This document shows positions 30,923 through 41,445 of a DNA stretch of 64,000 bases, piece after piece (position 1 is the first letter of the stretch; each line of letters starts with the position of its first letter). A model generated the notes under the pieces. It did no database searches and was not told where the DNA came from. It saw only the letters and a program-made list of their open reading frames with translations. Both the position numbers and the translations under genes were made by a program. Source of the stretch: an uncultured bacterium (GTDB taxonomy: Bacteria; Zixibacteria; MSB-5A5; UBA10806). The stretch spans positions 32,001 to 96,000 of the forward strand of contig CBEUCH010000006.1 in NCBI GenBank assembly GCA_965541585.1, written 5' to 3'.

Positions 30923-32029
30923 GTGTTGATTATGCAATATAACGGGAAAGATGCATTGCTTCAGACCAGTCTTTTCGCGAAGACTACAGCATCTGCTTAC
31001 AACAGAATTGGGATTTTCAATGAAAGCATGAATAAAGAGTTGTGCTCTTTTGCCGAGCCAATCTTAGAATCTCCTGTCTTCCAACGGCTTTCGAGAATCG
31101 CTTTTTTGGGTATTCTTTCGCCTCGTTTTGCAAAAGAGATCAAATCACCATTATTTTCTCGAAAAAAGGTAATTCAAACACACGAAGGATCTCGTTTGGA
31201 TCATAGCTTGGGAGTGGCGTCGATTGCTCTAAGTATGGCCAAAAATCTCGGTTTTTCAAGAGAAATCCAGCGTTATTCTGTAGTTTGGGGTTTGACACAC
31301 GATATTGCAAGTTGGCCATTATCTCACACAGGTGAAAGTGCCTTTGCAGGTCTTACGAAAATTTCAATGAGGAGACTAAGGCGGCGGATTATTTTGGGTG
31401 ATTCCCTTCTTCCATCTGAATTTAGTCTTAGAAGACATCTACTGAAAATTAGAATAGACCCGAATAAACTTCTTGGTCTATTTTCGTCTTCTTCTTATAA
31501 GATATCCCACGATCTCACAGAGATAAAGATGCTTTTTGGTTCTCCTGTTTCCCCGGATACCATAGAAGGAATTTGGCGAAGTGGAAGGATATTTTCGGTT
31601 TCTATTCCTGGTCCACATGTTCTTCTGAAGTCAATTAACAAGGACCTCTTCGATATAGTCGTCTGTAAGGAGCATTCTAAGCGCATATTTGACTTTTGGA
31701 GGGGGAAAGCGAATATTTATAAAAAATATATCAATCGTCCAGACGTAATAGCCTGGGAATCAGCTTGGTCTAAATCAATAAAGCAGGTATTTCCTGGAAT
31801 AGGATTAATAGACTCACTCAATCTACCAGAAAATGAAATCGTTAATAGCGTTAAAGAGGCCGGCGTATTACCAGTTTCAGCGATATTTAGATATAAGTTT
31901 CCAATGGAATATGTCGTTTATCCAACAAGGAAACGCTCCTTTTCAAAAAGCCTATCGCTAAAGCACATTCACCGTACTTTTAAGTGCAGAAAGCTGAAAT
32001 TAGAAAAAAGCGTATGCAACACGACTTGA
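30923..32029 (+). CDS. HD-domain phosphohydrolase, dNTP triphosphohydrolase/SAMHD1-like (start uncertain)
   Basis: 'SPVFQRL..I..LG', 'SRLDHSLGV', 'THDI...PLSHTGE', 'PDTIEG'. Confidence 0.75.
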   Translation: MLIMQYNGKDALLQTSLFAKTTASAYNRIGIFNESMNKELCSFAEPILESPVFQRLSRIAFLGILSPRFAKEIKSPLFSRKKVIQTHEGSRLDHSLGVASIALSMAKNLGFSREIQRYSVVWGLTHDIASWPLSHTGESAFAGLTKISMRRLRRRIILGDSLLPSEFSLRRHLLKIRIDPNKLLGLFSSSSYKISHDLTEIKMLFGSPVSPDTIEGIWRSGRIFSVSIPGPHVLLKSINKDLFDIVVCKEHSKRIFDFWRGKANIYKKYINRPDVIAWESAWSKSIKQVFPGIGLIDSLNLPENEIVNSVKEAGVLPVSAIFRYKFPMEYVVYPTRKRSFSKSLSLKHIHRTFKCRKLKLEKSVCNTT

Positions 32030-33051
32030 CATGTCTTCGTGGTTACGTAGCCGAAAATACATACAAAATTCTTATCGAAGCAACCAAGAAATCTGAAAAC
32101 CTTTTAATAAATTCCAGAAAGATAATTGAAATTTTCTTAATAGAGGAAGACTTAAAGAGTGATGCTTTCTGTTTTGTGGCAGTTGGATCTATAGGCAGAT
32201 ACGAGGCATTAGACGCCTCAGATTTTGACCTTGTTCCGATAGTGTTAGAACAAGAGTCATATGATAAATATCAAGGCTTAGATAATAAATTAAGGAAAAT
32301 TTTATCTTCTGAACTTGAATTAAAAGTGTCTCAGGGTAAAGAATTAACAAAACCTGTTTTACTTGATGATTTATCTTCCCCTGATAATATAGGGGGGGAA
32401 GATGATAGTCGAGAGAAATTGACACAGCGAATCCTTATCTTGACAGAATCTGCCCACGCTGGCGGAGGGATAATGTTGAATTCTATCATGAATAATATTC
32501 TTCATGCGTATGCGACCCATGAACGGACAAGTGGGCGACATCCTTTAGCATTCTGTAATGACGTGGCAAGGTATTATCGTCAAGTTTGTATTGACTATAA
32601 ATTCAAAGTTGATGCTAAAGATCTTGATTGGTGTACTCGAAATATTAAACTCCGGCATTCACGTAAGTTTTGGTATTTTGCCACATTGTTAGCGATTTCG
32701 GCAATAACAAGAAATACGCGATCCGATCACGGCGAATTTTCTGACGAGATTCTTGTTATCCTGGCAAAGCCTCCAATAATACGACTCCTTGATGCTGCTA
32801 CAAGTTATAGACGGCACGCAGTTGGCCGATCACTTGATCATTACGCAATATATTTGGAATTTATGTCTGAGCCATCGAGGCGGAAAGCATTATCGAAAAT
32901 TAAATTTGATAGGCGTTATGACGCTCAAATTAACAATCCATATCCACGTATGCAATCGAACTCTAAATTAATGCACATTGAACTACTACGTTTGCTTGAC
33001 TTTATGGAAAGAGATATTCAAGAACGTGTCTTGGCTTGGTTCTTATTATAA
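32014..33051 (+). CDS. Pol-beta superfamily nucleotidyltransferase with helical C-terminal domain (DUF294/GlnD-like)
   Basis: 'VAVGSIGRYEALDASDFDLV' GS..DxD motif; ATG 32014 overlaps HD stop. Confidence 0.8.
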   Translation: MQHDLTCLRGYVAENTYKILIEATKKSENLLINSRKIIEIFLIEEDLKSDAFCFVAVGSIGRYEALDASDFDLVPIVLEQESYDKYQGLDNKLRKILSSELELKVSQGKELTKPVLLDDLSSPDNIGGEDDSREKLTQRILILTESAHAGGGIMLNSIMNNILHAYATHERTSGRHPLAFCNDVARYYRQVCIDYKFKVDAKDLDWCTRNIKLRHSRKFWYFATLLAISAITRNTRSDHGEFSDEILVILAKPPIIRLLDAATSYRRHAVGRSLDHYAIYLEFMSEPSRRKALSKIKFDRRYDAQINNPYPRMQSNSKLMHIELLRLLDFMERDIQERVLAWFLL

Positions 33052-33253
33052 ACAAAGCAACAAGCTATATCCCAAGAAAATGAGCATAAAATAGGATTGA
33101 AAGGCTCATTATAAACATCAGTGTACATTGTTCTGATAGCTTAAGACCGGATTTAATCATTCGTAAATTATAAATCTGGCGTTATTCAAGAACAAAATAT
33201 ATTCTAAAGGTTCTGTGTTTTGTGAAGTCAACCCAGTTCAAGCAACATTCCGT

Positions 33254-33345
33254 ATGATCCAGCTGGTGAAATCGTCTCGTAGCTCCTCCCTACTTCGGCC
33301 TGTAGAACTGGCCGCCGGGCATGGAGATGAGCAAAATCGGCGGCC
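33254..33345 (-). pseudogene. decayed copy of transglutaminase gene 3' end and downstream flank
   Basis: gtagctcc..ctacttcggcc...agaactggccgccgggcatggagatg matches about 34582-34675. Confidence 0.8.
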
Positions 33346-33505
33346 ATGAAACCGTCAAAAACCCATCTCCCGCCTATTTCGACAAAACCCGCTAAAGTAC
33401 TTTATCGGTGCGCCGAATCAGATAGTGAGATAAAGCCGAGATTATAGAGAAACTGGCGGAAAAGCTGATCTAAGGATTTTATCTTTCCGGGGAGAAAAGA
33501 TAATA

Positions 33506-34402
33506 ATGCAAACTGCCGATGAAATAACCGAAAAGAAACTCAAAATCATTGCGGATAAAATTCATAATCTCCCTACCCCGCCAATAGTGTTCACCCAGAT
33601 TATTAAAGTTATCAATAATCCGAATAGCTCGGCTTATGAAATCGGTGCCATAATTGCCGAAGATCCTGCACTGACCACTAAAGTATTAAAGCTCATAAAT
33701 TCCTCATATTACGGTATGTCGAGCATGATTACCAACGTGAAACAGGCAATATTAATTCTTGGATTGGATGTCATAAAAACCTTGGTTATTTCGACATCGG
33801 TTTTTGGCTCTTTTTCAAAGAATAGCGCCCTCGACAAGGAATACCTGGAAAATTTCTGGCGTCATTCTCTTTTAGTGGCGTTTATGGCGAAAATCGTGGC
33901 CAGGTTCGTAAAAAGAGGTTTTCTCTATGAATCTGAATTTGCATTTTCGGGCGGGCTATTACATGATGTCGGAAAATTAATAGTAATATCCCATCTGCCA
34001 GAAGAGTATTCGAAAATTAAAACAATATCCGAAAAGGAACCATCGTTATCAGAAATCGATATCGAATCCAGTGTTTTGCAGTTTAACCATTCAGATCTTG
34101 GAAGTTATATGGCCGCGAGATGGAATCTGCCCGCGGAAATTTCCTTCGCTATATTATCTCATCACTCTCAGGAGGCAATTTCCGTTGACAGTTTCGCGGC
34201 AGTAATTCATCTGGCCGATCAACTTGCTCACAAAAACGAAATTTCGGATGGCCAGGTTATTGAAAATAATAATCCATTTCATGAGGAAGTTTGGGAAATT
34301 CTCGACTTGGATCAATCTTCCGAGGAGCAGATGCTGGAACATCTAAGAAAAGATTACACCAAAGCCGAAACGTTTATGAAAATGGCCCAGGGAATAACCT
34401 GA
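33506..34402 (+). CDS. HDOD domain protein
   Basis: 'LPTPP', 'DPALTTKVLKLINS', 'FWRHS', 'GLLHDVGK', 'W.LP..I..AI..HH'. Confidence 0.9.
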   Translation: MQTADEITEKKLKIIADKIHNLPTPPIVFTQIIKVINNPNSSAYEIGAIIAEDPALTTKVLKLINSSYYGMSSMITNVKQAILILGLDVIKTLVISTSVFGSFSKNSALDKEYLENFWRHSLLVAFMAKIVARFVKRGFLYESEFAFSGGLLHDVGKLIVISHLPEEYSKIKTISEKEPSLSEIDIESSVLQFNHSDLGSYMAARWNLPAEISFAILSHHSQEAISVDSFAAVIHLADQLAHKNEISDGQVIENNNPFHEEVWEILDLDQSSEEQMLEHLRKDYTKAETFMKMAQGIT

Positions 34403-34618
34403 TCGAGAGTCTCCACCGCTTGAAAACCTCCATATTTTATACGGCCCGTCATGATGCCGCACAACCTATCGTTTTCCAGCGAGTTCCATTGACCATTTTA
34501 AAGCTCGTTGAAATCTCGAATTCAAAGCTCACAAAAGTTTGCTGGGAGTGAGGAGTGGGCAGTTAAGCTGCGTTATTTTCAATAATCCAGTTGCGGAACT
34601 CATCTTGTAGCTCCCCCT

Positions 34619-36256
34619 CTACTTCGGCCGGCAGAACTGGCCGCCGGGCATGGAGATGGTCGTCGCTTCGGCGGCGGTGTCTGCGGGAGTCCATTCGCCG
34701 ATATTCTCGGCAAATATCTTGCATTTGCCCACCGATTCCCATTTCTCCCCGGAGTTGTAACGCCAGCCGATATACTCCGAGCCGGCGCCGGTGGTGGTCA
34801 CCAGCAGGCCGTTGCCTATCTGTCCGAAGCTGGTGGCCTGTTTTTCCGGCGAATCGGAATCGCCGCGTGAGGGGTCCACCGGTATCCAGCCGTACGGCGG
34901 CAGGTAGATCTCGCACCAGCGATGGAAAACGTCGTCCTCTGAAGCGCGGTCGCCGCGGATGGCGATGGAGCCGGTATACCGCGCCGGTATCCCCGCCGCC
35001 CGGCACATGGATATGAATACAAATGTATATTCCGAACAGCTACCGTTGCCGCGCTCGATAATGGCCGGGGCCACGTTCCAGCCGCCCGCCAGCTCGTAGT
35101 AGAGGGTATCCAGTATCCATGTATAGATCCTGCGGGCTTGCCAGTAGAGATTAGTCTCATCGCCGATGGCTTCTTTCAAGGCGTTTTGAATCACCGGGCT
35201 TTTGATATCGAATTTGGTATCGTCGCCGAGGAATTTTTTTAAGATCTCTTTGGGGATATCCTTCAAGCTGCCCACCTTTTCAGGACGAACGAAATAACGT
35301 GTCTGATACAGATCGGCAGTCGCCATATAGGCAGCGCTGACCTTTTCCCCCATCGGTATATCCTCGAAATGGAAAGCGGCAAACGGCTGACCCCAGCTAT
35401 CCGTTACATATTCCGGGGAGACATCGGAGAAATAAACCGGCTCGCTGATCAATGTTTGATGATCGGAATTTTCGGGGATTGCCAGGTAGATATCGAGGCT
35501 CTTCAGGATGCCGGGGCCGTAGTTTCTGACCTCGTGAGTGAAGCTCATGTTCTGACGTTGTCTCTTGTCCTGAGAGAAGAAGCTATCATCTTCGGTTACC
35601 ACCTGGTAAAGCGAATCGGTCTGATAATCGACGTTGTAGAGCTGGCCGTCGCCGAACGCCAGGCCCCAGGCGTAGGGAGCCGGGGAATCGAGTACCATGA
35701 TGACCTCGCCGGTCTGCGGATAGATCATATAGATGCTGTTTCTACTCCTGTCGGCTGACCAGAGATATTTGCCGTCGAATGCCAGCCCCGTGGTGTTCCC
35801 TGACGGCGCCTTGAACGTCTTTATAATGGTCCCATCCTCGGACGAGATTTTCTGAATAGTCGTCTTATCCGAGAGCCAGAGAAATTCGCCATCCCAGCAA
35901 AGCCCCTTGGGAGCCTCAACCGGCGATGCGATTGTCTTGATGTTGACTCCGGATTCGATATCGAACTGGATAATACTGTTCTCCTCGCCATCGACAACCC
36001 ATAGGTAGGAACCATCCCAAGCCAGGCCATACGGCCGGTACGACGGTGCCTCCAGGATGGCGGTCACTTCGCCGCTATAGGGATTTATGGCATACAGGGA
36101 ATCCGTCTTGAAATCGGCAATCCAGACATTCATACCGTCATAAGCCAGCCCGGAAGGGCAGGGGGATGGCGTCCCGTACGAAAAAGCCACGTCGCCAGGG
36201 GTGGCGCTGGATACGCCCACCGTTATTAACAAAATCGCGATAACTCTTGAAAACAT
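34619..36256 (-). CDS. secreted transglutaminase-like protein with N-terminal beta-propeller repeats
   Basis: 'GLA.DG..LW' repeats; catalytic triad motifs 'GSCSEY', 'HRW.E', 'W.PVDP'. Confidence 0.85.
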   Translation of the reverse strand: MFSRVIAILLITVGVSSATPGDVAFSYGTPSPCPSGLAYDGMNVWIADFKTDSLYAINPYSGEVTAILEAPSYRPYGLAWDGSYLWVVDGEENSIIQFDIESGVNIKTIASPVEAPKGLCWDGEFLWLSDKTTIQKISSEDGTIIKTFKAPSGNTTGLAFDGKYLWSADRSRNSIYMIYPQTGEVIMVLDSPAPYAWGLAFGDGQLYNVDYQTDSLYQVVTEDDSFFSQDKRQRQNMSFTHEVRNYGPGILKSLDIYLAIPENSDHQTLISEPVYFSDVSPEYVTDSWGQPFAAFHFEDIPMGEKVSAAYMATADLYQTRYFVRPEKVGSLKDIPKEILKKFLGDDTKFDIKSPVIQNALKEAIGDETNLYWQARRIYTWILDTLYYELAGGWNVAPAIIERGNGSCSEYTFVFISMCRAAGIPARYTGSIAIRGDRASEDDVFHRWCEIYLPPYGWIPVDPSRGDSDSPEKQATSFGQIGNGLLVTTTGAGSEYIGWRYNSGEKWESVGKCKIFAENIGEWTPADTAAEATTISMPGGQFCRPK

Positions 36257-36458
36257 CTCTGCCTCCGATTAAGGGTTTCCAATCCACCTGTTTGCGTAAT
36301 GAATATATGGTTTTTTTTGTCGTTTTTCAATCACAGGGAGCGCATTCAACTGCCGATAATTAAATTTGAGGGGGGAATAATTCAAAAGTCATGGCTTTTT
36401 GTCAGGGAAACCGATATAATGACCAATATGTGAATTGAGAATATAAGGAGCGAAAGTT

Positions 36459-37829
36459 ATGCAATATTTAGAAAATATTCTTCATGCGATCGGCAGCACA
36501 CCGCTTATAAGGCTCAGTAAGCTGGCTCCGCCGGATGGCCCCAAAATTCTTGTGAAACCGGAGTTCTTAAATCCCGCCGGGTCTATAAAGGATAGGATGG
36601 CCATCTATATTATAGAAAAGGCTGAAAAAGAGGGCTTATTGAAACCAGGCGGGACCATAGTCGAGAATACTTCGGGGAATACCGGCGCAGCCGTGGCTAT
36701 GGTGGCCGCAATCAAAGGTTACAGGGCAGTTTTCACCATGCCGGATAAGATGTCCAGCGAAAAAGTCGATCTTTTGAAAGCATTTGGTGCCCGTGTAGTT
36801 GTTACACCCACGGAGGTTCCAGCGGATTCGCCCCTAAGTTATTACGAAACTGCAAAGAGAATCGCCCGGGAAACCCCTAATTCGTTCTATTTGAATCAAT
36901 ATCACAACCTGGATAATATCGAAGCCCATTATTGTACCACAGGCCCGGAATTATTCGAGCAGACTGATGGCAAGATTGACTATCTGGTGGCGGGAATCGG
37001 CACCGGCGGGACTCTCTCGGGTGCCGGCAAGTTTCTTAAGGAAAAGATACCCGGCATAAAGATTATTGCAGTTGATCCGGTCGGCTCGGTCTTTTACGAT
37101 TATTTTAAGACGGGCAAGCTGCCGGAGCCGCATGTATATAAGGTCGAGGGGATCGGAGAGGACATGCTGACCGAGGCCATGGATTTCTCCGTGGTTGACG
37201 ATATGCTCCAGGTCAGCGATCAGGATTGTTTTTTAACCACCCGCGATCTTGTCAGAAAGGAAGGGATGTTCGCCGGTGGATCATCCGGCGGCGCGGTCTG
37301 GGCGGCACTGGAGGTGGCGAAGCAGGCCAAGCCGGATAACGTCATAATCGTAATTCTGCCGGATTCAGGCAGCCGGTATCTCTCGAAGATCTTCAATGAC
37401 GGCTGGATGGAGGATAACGGGTATATGATCGATGAGTCATTGCCGGGCAAGGTTTCGGATCTTTTGAATTTCGGTCGGTTGAAACCGGTGATCGTATCGG
37501 CTGATAGCCCCGTCCGTGAGGCTGTCTCTCTAATGAAAAAACATGACATCTCGCAGTTGCCCGTCACCGATAACAACAGCATTGTCGGTATGGTTTACGA
37601 GATCGACGTATTGCGATCGCTGGCAGCCAGATCGGGCGGGCTCGACGATCCGGTCAGGGAAGTAGCAGAACGGGATTTTTCACTTATCTCCGCGGACGAA
37701 CCGGTCTCACACCTTGCCAGGGTTTTCTCAGATACCGGCAGCGCTGTTTTAGTGATGAAAGATGACGAGCTTCTCGCAGTATTGACTCGCATCGATCTGA
37801 TATCATATCTGGCGAGGAGCAAGGGTTGA
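36459..37829 (+). CDS. cbs: cystathionine beta-synthase with C-terminal CBS pair
   Basis: 'NPAGSIKDR' PLP lysine, TSGNTG, GTGGT, CBS domains 'ISQLPV'. Confidence 0.88.
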   Translation: MQYLENILHAIGSTPLIRLSKLAPPDGPKILVKPEFLNPAGSIKDRMAIYIIEKAEKEGLLKPGGTIVENTSGNTGAAVAMVAAIKGYRAVFTMPDKMSSEKVDLLKAFGARVVVTPTEVPADSPLSYYETAKRIARETPNSFYLNQYHNLDNIEAHYCTTGPELFEQTDGKIDYLVAGIGTGGTLSGAGKFLKEKIPGIKIIAVDPVGSVFYDYFKTGKLPEPHVYKVEGIGEDMLTEAMDFSVVDDMLQVSDQDCFLTTRDLVRKEGMFAGGSSGGAVWAALEVAKQAKPDNVIIVILPDSGSRYLSKIFNDGWMEDNGYMIDESLPGKVSDLLNFGRLKPVIVSADSPVREAVSLMKKHDISQLPVTDNNSIVGMVYEIDVLRSLAARSGGLDDPVREVAERDFSLISADEPVSHLARVFSDTGSAVLVMKDDELLAVLTRIDLISYLARSKG

Positions 37830-38986
37830 AAAAAGATAAAGATCTTCGATTCGGAACACGCGCCGTACATGGAGGGCAGAAACCAGATCCTACCACCGGC
37901 GCAGTAATGACCCCCATCTACCAGACGTCCACGTATGCCCAATCGGCACCGGGCGTTCATAAGGGATATGAATACTCACGCACGGCCAACCCCACCCGGG
38001 AGGCGATGGAAAGATCGATGGCCTCTCTGGAAAAAGGCGAGCATGGTATCGCCTTCTCATCCGGCATGGCGGCAACATCATCGATCGTGAAGCTTCTGAA
38101 GGCGGGAGATCACCTGGTCTGCTCCGATGACGTTTACGGGGGTACATTCAGGCTGTTTGATAAGATCTATAAGAATTTCGATTTAGGATTCGGCTTCGTC
38201 GATACCTCTGATACAAAAAACATCAAACAGGCGATAACGGATAAGACCAGGATAATCTGGATCGAGACCCCCACCAATCCCACCTTGAAGATTACTGATA
38301 TCGCAGCCGCCGCCGAGATCGCCAGGGCAAATGATATAAAGCTGGTAGTGGATAACACATTCATGTCGCCGTATTTCCAGAACCCGCTCAATCTGGGGGC
38401 CGATATGGTACTCCATTCAACCACCAAATATATCGCCGGCCATTCGGATCTTGTGGGTGGAGCGGTGGTGTTGAACGATTCAGACCTGGCCGAGAAACTG
38501 CGCTTTATTCAGAATGCCGCCGGCGCCGTCCCCGGGCCGATGGACTGTTTTTTAACATTGCGGGGTATAAAAACGCTTCACCTGCGGATGGAACGTCACG
38601 AATATAATGCTAAAAAGATTTTTGAATATCTAAAGACTCAGGCAGCTTTGAAGAAGTTGTATTATCCCGGTGATCCGAATCATCCGGGGCATGAGACACA
38701 GAAAAGGCAGGCCGGCGGATTCGGGGCGATTATCTCGTTCGATATCGGCGGTCTCGATGAGGCCAGGAAATTTATGTCAGCGCTGGAAACCTTCACACTT
38801 GCGGAATCGCTCGGAGGGGTCGAATCGTTGATAGAGCATCCGGCGATCATGACCCACGCATCCGTTCCCCCCGAAAACCGCGCCAGGTTGGGTATCACCG
38901 ATGGTTTCATACGGCTGTCGGTCGGCATCGAGGATGCTGAGGATCTGATAGAGGATTTACAGAGCGGGTTCGATTCTATTAGATAA
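37826..38986 (+). CDS. cystathionine gamma-lyase/synthase
   Basis: 'YEYSRTANPT', 'SSGMAA', 'ETPTNP', 'HSTTKY', 'AESLGGVESL'; overlaps cbs stop. Confidence 0.92.
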   Translation: MKKDKDLRFGTRAVHGGQKPDPTTGAVMTPIYQTSTYAQSAPGVHKGYEYSRTANPTREAMERSMASLEKGEHGIAFSSGMAATSSIVKLLKAGDHLVCSDDVYGGTFRLFDKIYKNFDLGFGFVDTSDTKNIKQAITDKTRIIWIETPTNPTLKITDIAAAAEIARANDIKLVVDNTFMSPYFQNPLNLGADMVLHSTTKYIAGHSDLVGGAVVLNDSDLAEKLRFIQNAAGAVPGPMDCFLTLRGIKTLHLRMERHEYNAKKIFEYLKTQAALKKLYYPGDPNHPGHETQKRQAGGFGAIISFDIGGLDEARKFMSALETFTLAESLGGVESLIEHPAIMTHASVPPENRARLGITDGFIRLSVGIEDAEDLIEDLQSGFDSIR

Positions 38987-39005
38987 TAGAATCCCCGGTT
39001 ATAAC

Positions 39006-41306
39006 TTATCTGTATTTCACCTTACAAAGCACAGCGTCATAGGTATTGAATACGATCTTCTTCGGCTTGAAGGGGATCAGAGGCAGATCGATATCGGTTT
39101 CCGGCTGGTCAATCCAGATTTTTAGATGAATATAACGATCATCCTCAAATAGTACGGTAATCGGAACCATCATCTGGAAATTTTCAGGTACTTTCTCCTG
39201 CTTTACGTGGCACACAACCTGATATTTACCGTCGTCGGTCTTTTCGGAGTCATAAGTGAACCTGTATTCGGGGATGGCGGTACCGTAAATCCACTGATCG
39301 AAAAACCAACTCATATCGGCGCCAATATATTCTGAAAGAAACTTTTGAAGCCCACTGGTCGTGATGACCTTCCCGCGGAAGGTATCCACGATACCCTTTA
39401 GAAATGCAGCGAAAGCATCATCCGAGCCGGTCTTGTAATCATGAAGTAGATAGCGGATCATGTGGAAGACGTAACCGCCTTTTTTATAAACGAGATTGGA
39501 ATAATCGGATGATTTTGACGAGGACAGCCGCGAGCCTATTATTATGGGGCCGGCCTTGCTCCCCACCGATTTGACACCCGCCCCTGAAATGATAGATTGT
39601 CTCCAATACTTGAGCATATTTTTGACTGCTTTTTTATCCTTTACGGAAAGTTCATAGAACCACAGACCGGAATAATTAGCGAGGCCTTCTGTGATCCAGA
39701 CATCGCGGTAAGATTCCTTATCCACCAGGTGACCCCACCATTGATGGGCAACTTCATGTGCCCTGAACATTTCTGAATAACCTTGAATGTCATCCGACTG
39801 GAACGTACTCCATGTCAGATGTATAAGGCCGGGTGAACCTTGACCTTCTCCTGTAAACGGTATCTCCGTCGCCTTTAAAGTGTCGAAGGGACAGGGCCCG
39901 AAAATGCTGGTAAAAAAAGCGAGGCTGTTGGTCACGTCCGCGGACACCTGTCCGATCATATCGGCGGCCGAGAGTTCTCCGAAATACGCCATATACAATG
40001 CCAGCGCTTGGTGATCTATCTGTTCTGACATGAAGACTTTCACTGGAGGAAGATTCTCGACAATTATCTCCTTGGATTCGAAAACACCAAGATTGAATGA
40101 TACATACTCCACCGGCAGATCGATTTTCCAATGCGATATGGATCGATCATCCTCCTGCCTTGATTCCATGTTTTTCCCGCAGGAAACGAGCTGGTAGGTT
40201 TTGGGAAAGCTATATTCTAAATCAAAAGTGGCGCAATCCCGGATGCTGTTCGACGGGAACCAGCTCGTTTTGCCGTATATATAAAACAACCCGTAAACAC
40301 TGAAGAGACTTTTACATTCATATGCTATATCAATAAAATCGGCTTTTCCCAGTTCGAGGGTGTTATTCAACAGGACCCCGAAACCGTGCTCATGCTTCCT
40401 ATGGATTACTGTAAGTGTGTCGCCGTTCGAATCGACTGCCGAAATGTCCTTGTTCTCGTAATACCAATCGAAATACAGAAAAGAGCAACCCCATCGAAGG
40501 GGCGTATACTCGATGCGGCAATCCACCATCATCTTACCGTTACTCGCAATCTTTGAATTAATTATATAATTTGTTATGTCTATTGGGTTAATACCGCGCT
40601 GCGACGGTAGTCCGTTATCACTGCAGTATCCGGCAAAGACATTAGCGGTTTCTCTACCGGCTGATCTGATAAGTTTATAAATACGATACTGATCGGGGTG
40701 TGTAGGATCGTCACAAAATACCAGATGCCCCGTGTCTTTGGTTTTAAAATCAGAATAAAAGTAGAATCCTGGTGAATCGCTTGAAAGATCAGCCAGTATC
40801 TTATTGGGCATGTGAATCCCGAGATGATCGAAGGCATCCTCGACCGCGTCAGCTAATATGTTCCATGCCTTTTTGGTAGCTTTCTCCCTTACGAAGTCAG
40901 AAGTATCGGGGAAATCATCCAGTTCAATCGTAAATAAGAGAGCTATCTTCTCGAATTCCTCATCGAGGCTCTCTTTTTTGGTAAATTTGACAAGCTGGCC
41001 GAGCTCTACTTCATCAGGAGGCGTATAAAGGAAGCGGCCTTTACCCTTATAGACCATAGCCGACGGGCGCGTTGCGCCGAAATCAAATATGGTCAGTTCG
41101 CCCGGCCCAAGATGAAATTCGACCTGAGGGCGAATGATGACCAGGCTGTCGATAGTCCCCGTTAGAACAGTCTGATCGTTTCGATCCTTCATATTGGAGA
41201 CGAATCGGTCAATGTCGAATGCGGAGGCAAACGAGCTAAATAAGAATATCCCCAGAAGGATTTCCCAGTAAATGCAAATTGCCCGATATTTTTTCATACT
41301 CGTCAC
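39006..41306 (-). CDS. M1 family aminopeptidase-like metallopeptidase
   Basis: HEVAHQWWG-x-'WITEGLA', 'YKKG', 'FFDQW'. Confidence 0.85.
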   Translation of the reverse strand: MTSMKKYRAICIYWEILLGIFLFSSFASAFDIDRFVSNMKDRNDQTVLTGTIDSLVIIRPQVEFHLGPGELTIFDFGATRPSAMVYKGKGRFLYTPPDEVELGQLVKFTKKESLDEEFEKIALLFTIELDDFPDTSDFVREKATKKAWNILADAVEDAFDHLGIHMPNKILADLSSDSPGFYFYSDFKTKDTGHLVFCDDPTHPDQYRIYKLIRSAGRETANVFAGYCSDNGLPSQRGINPIDITNYIINSKIASNGKMMVDCRIEYTPLRWGCSFLYFDWYYENKDISAVDSNGDTLTVIHRKHEHGFGVLLNNTLELGKADFIDIAYECKSLFSVYGLFYIYGKTSWFPSNSIRDCATFDLEYSFPKTYQLVSCGKNMESRQEDDRSISHWKIDLPVEYVSFNLGVFESKEIIVENLPPVKVFMSEQIDHQALALYMAYFGELSAADMIGQVSADVTNSLAFFTSIFGPCPFDTLKATEIPFTGEGQGSPGLIHLTWSTFQSDDIQGYSEMFRAHEVAHQWWGHLVDKESYRDVWITEGLANYSGLWFYELSVKDKKAVKNMLKYWRQSIISGAGVKSVGSKAGPIIIGSRLSSSKSSDYSNLVYKKGGYVFHMIRYLLHDYKTGSDDAFAAFLKGIVDTFRGKVITTSGLQKFLSEYIGADMSWFFDQWIYGTAIPEYRFTYDSEKTDDGKYQVVCHVKQEKVPENFQMMVPITVLFEDDRYIHLKIWIDQPETDIDLPLIPFKPKKIVFNTYDAVLCKVKYR

Positions 41307-41445
41307 TCCGATCCTACGATTAGAGGGGAATAGTCACCTCTTGCCAATCAAAGCTGCCGATTCGATGATGTGTTGCTAAAAACGAAAGTACTACCTATAT
41401 ATGATCAAGTCAAGGAAAATAGGTTATCTTAATATCTGTTCGATT

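Noticed and set aside
33506..34402. HDOD gene as part of the HD-NTase operon
   Set aside because: Separated by about 450 bp including the transglutaminase scar; HDOD is a common signalling domain and probably a separate insertion.
36459..38986. CBS/CGL as sulfur supply for the egtD cluster
   Set aside because: More than 20 kb away and a common stand-alone operon; no evidence of linkage.
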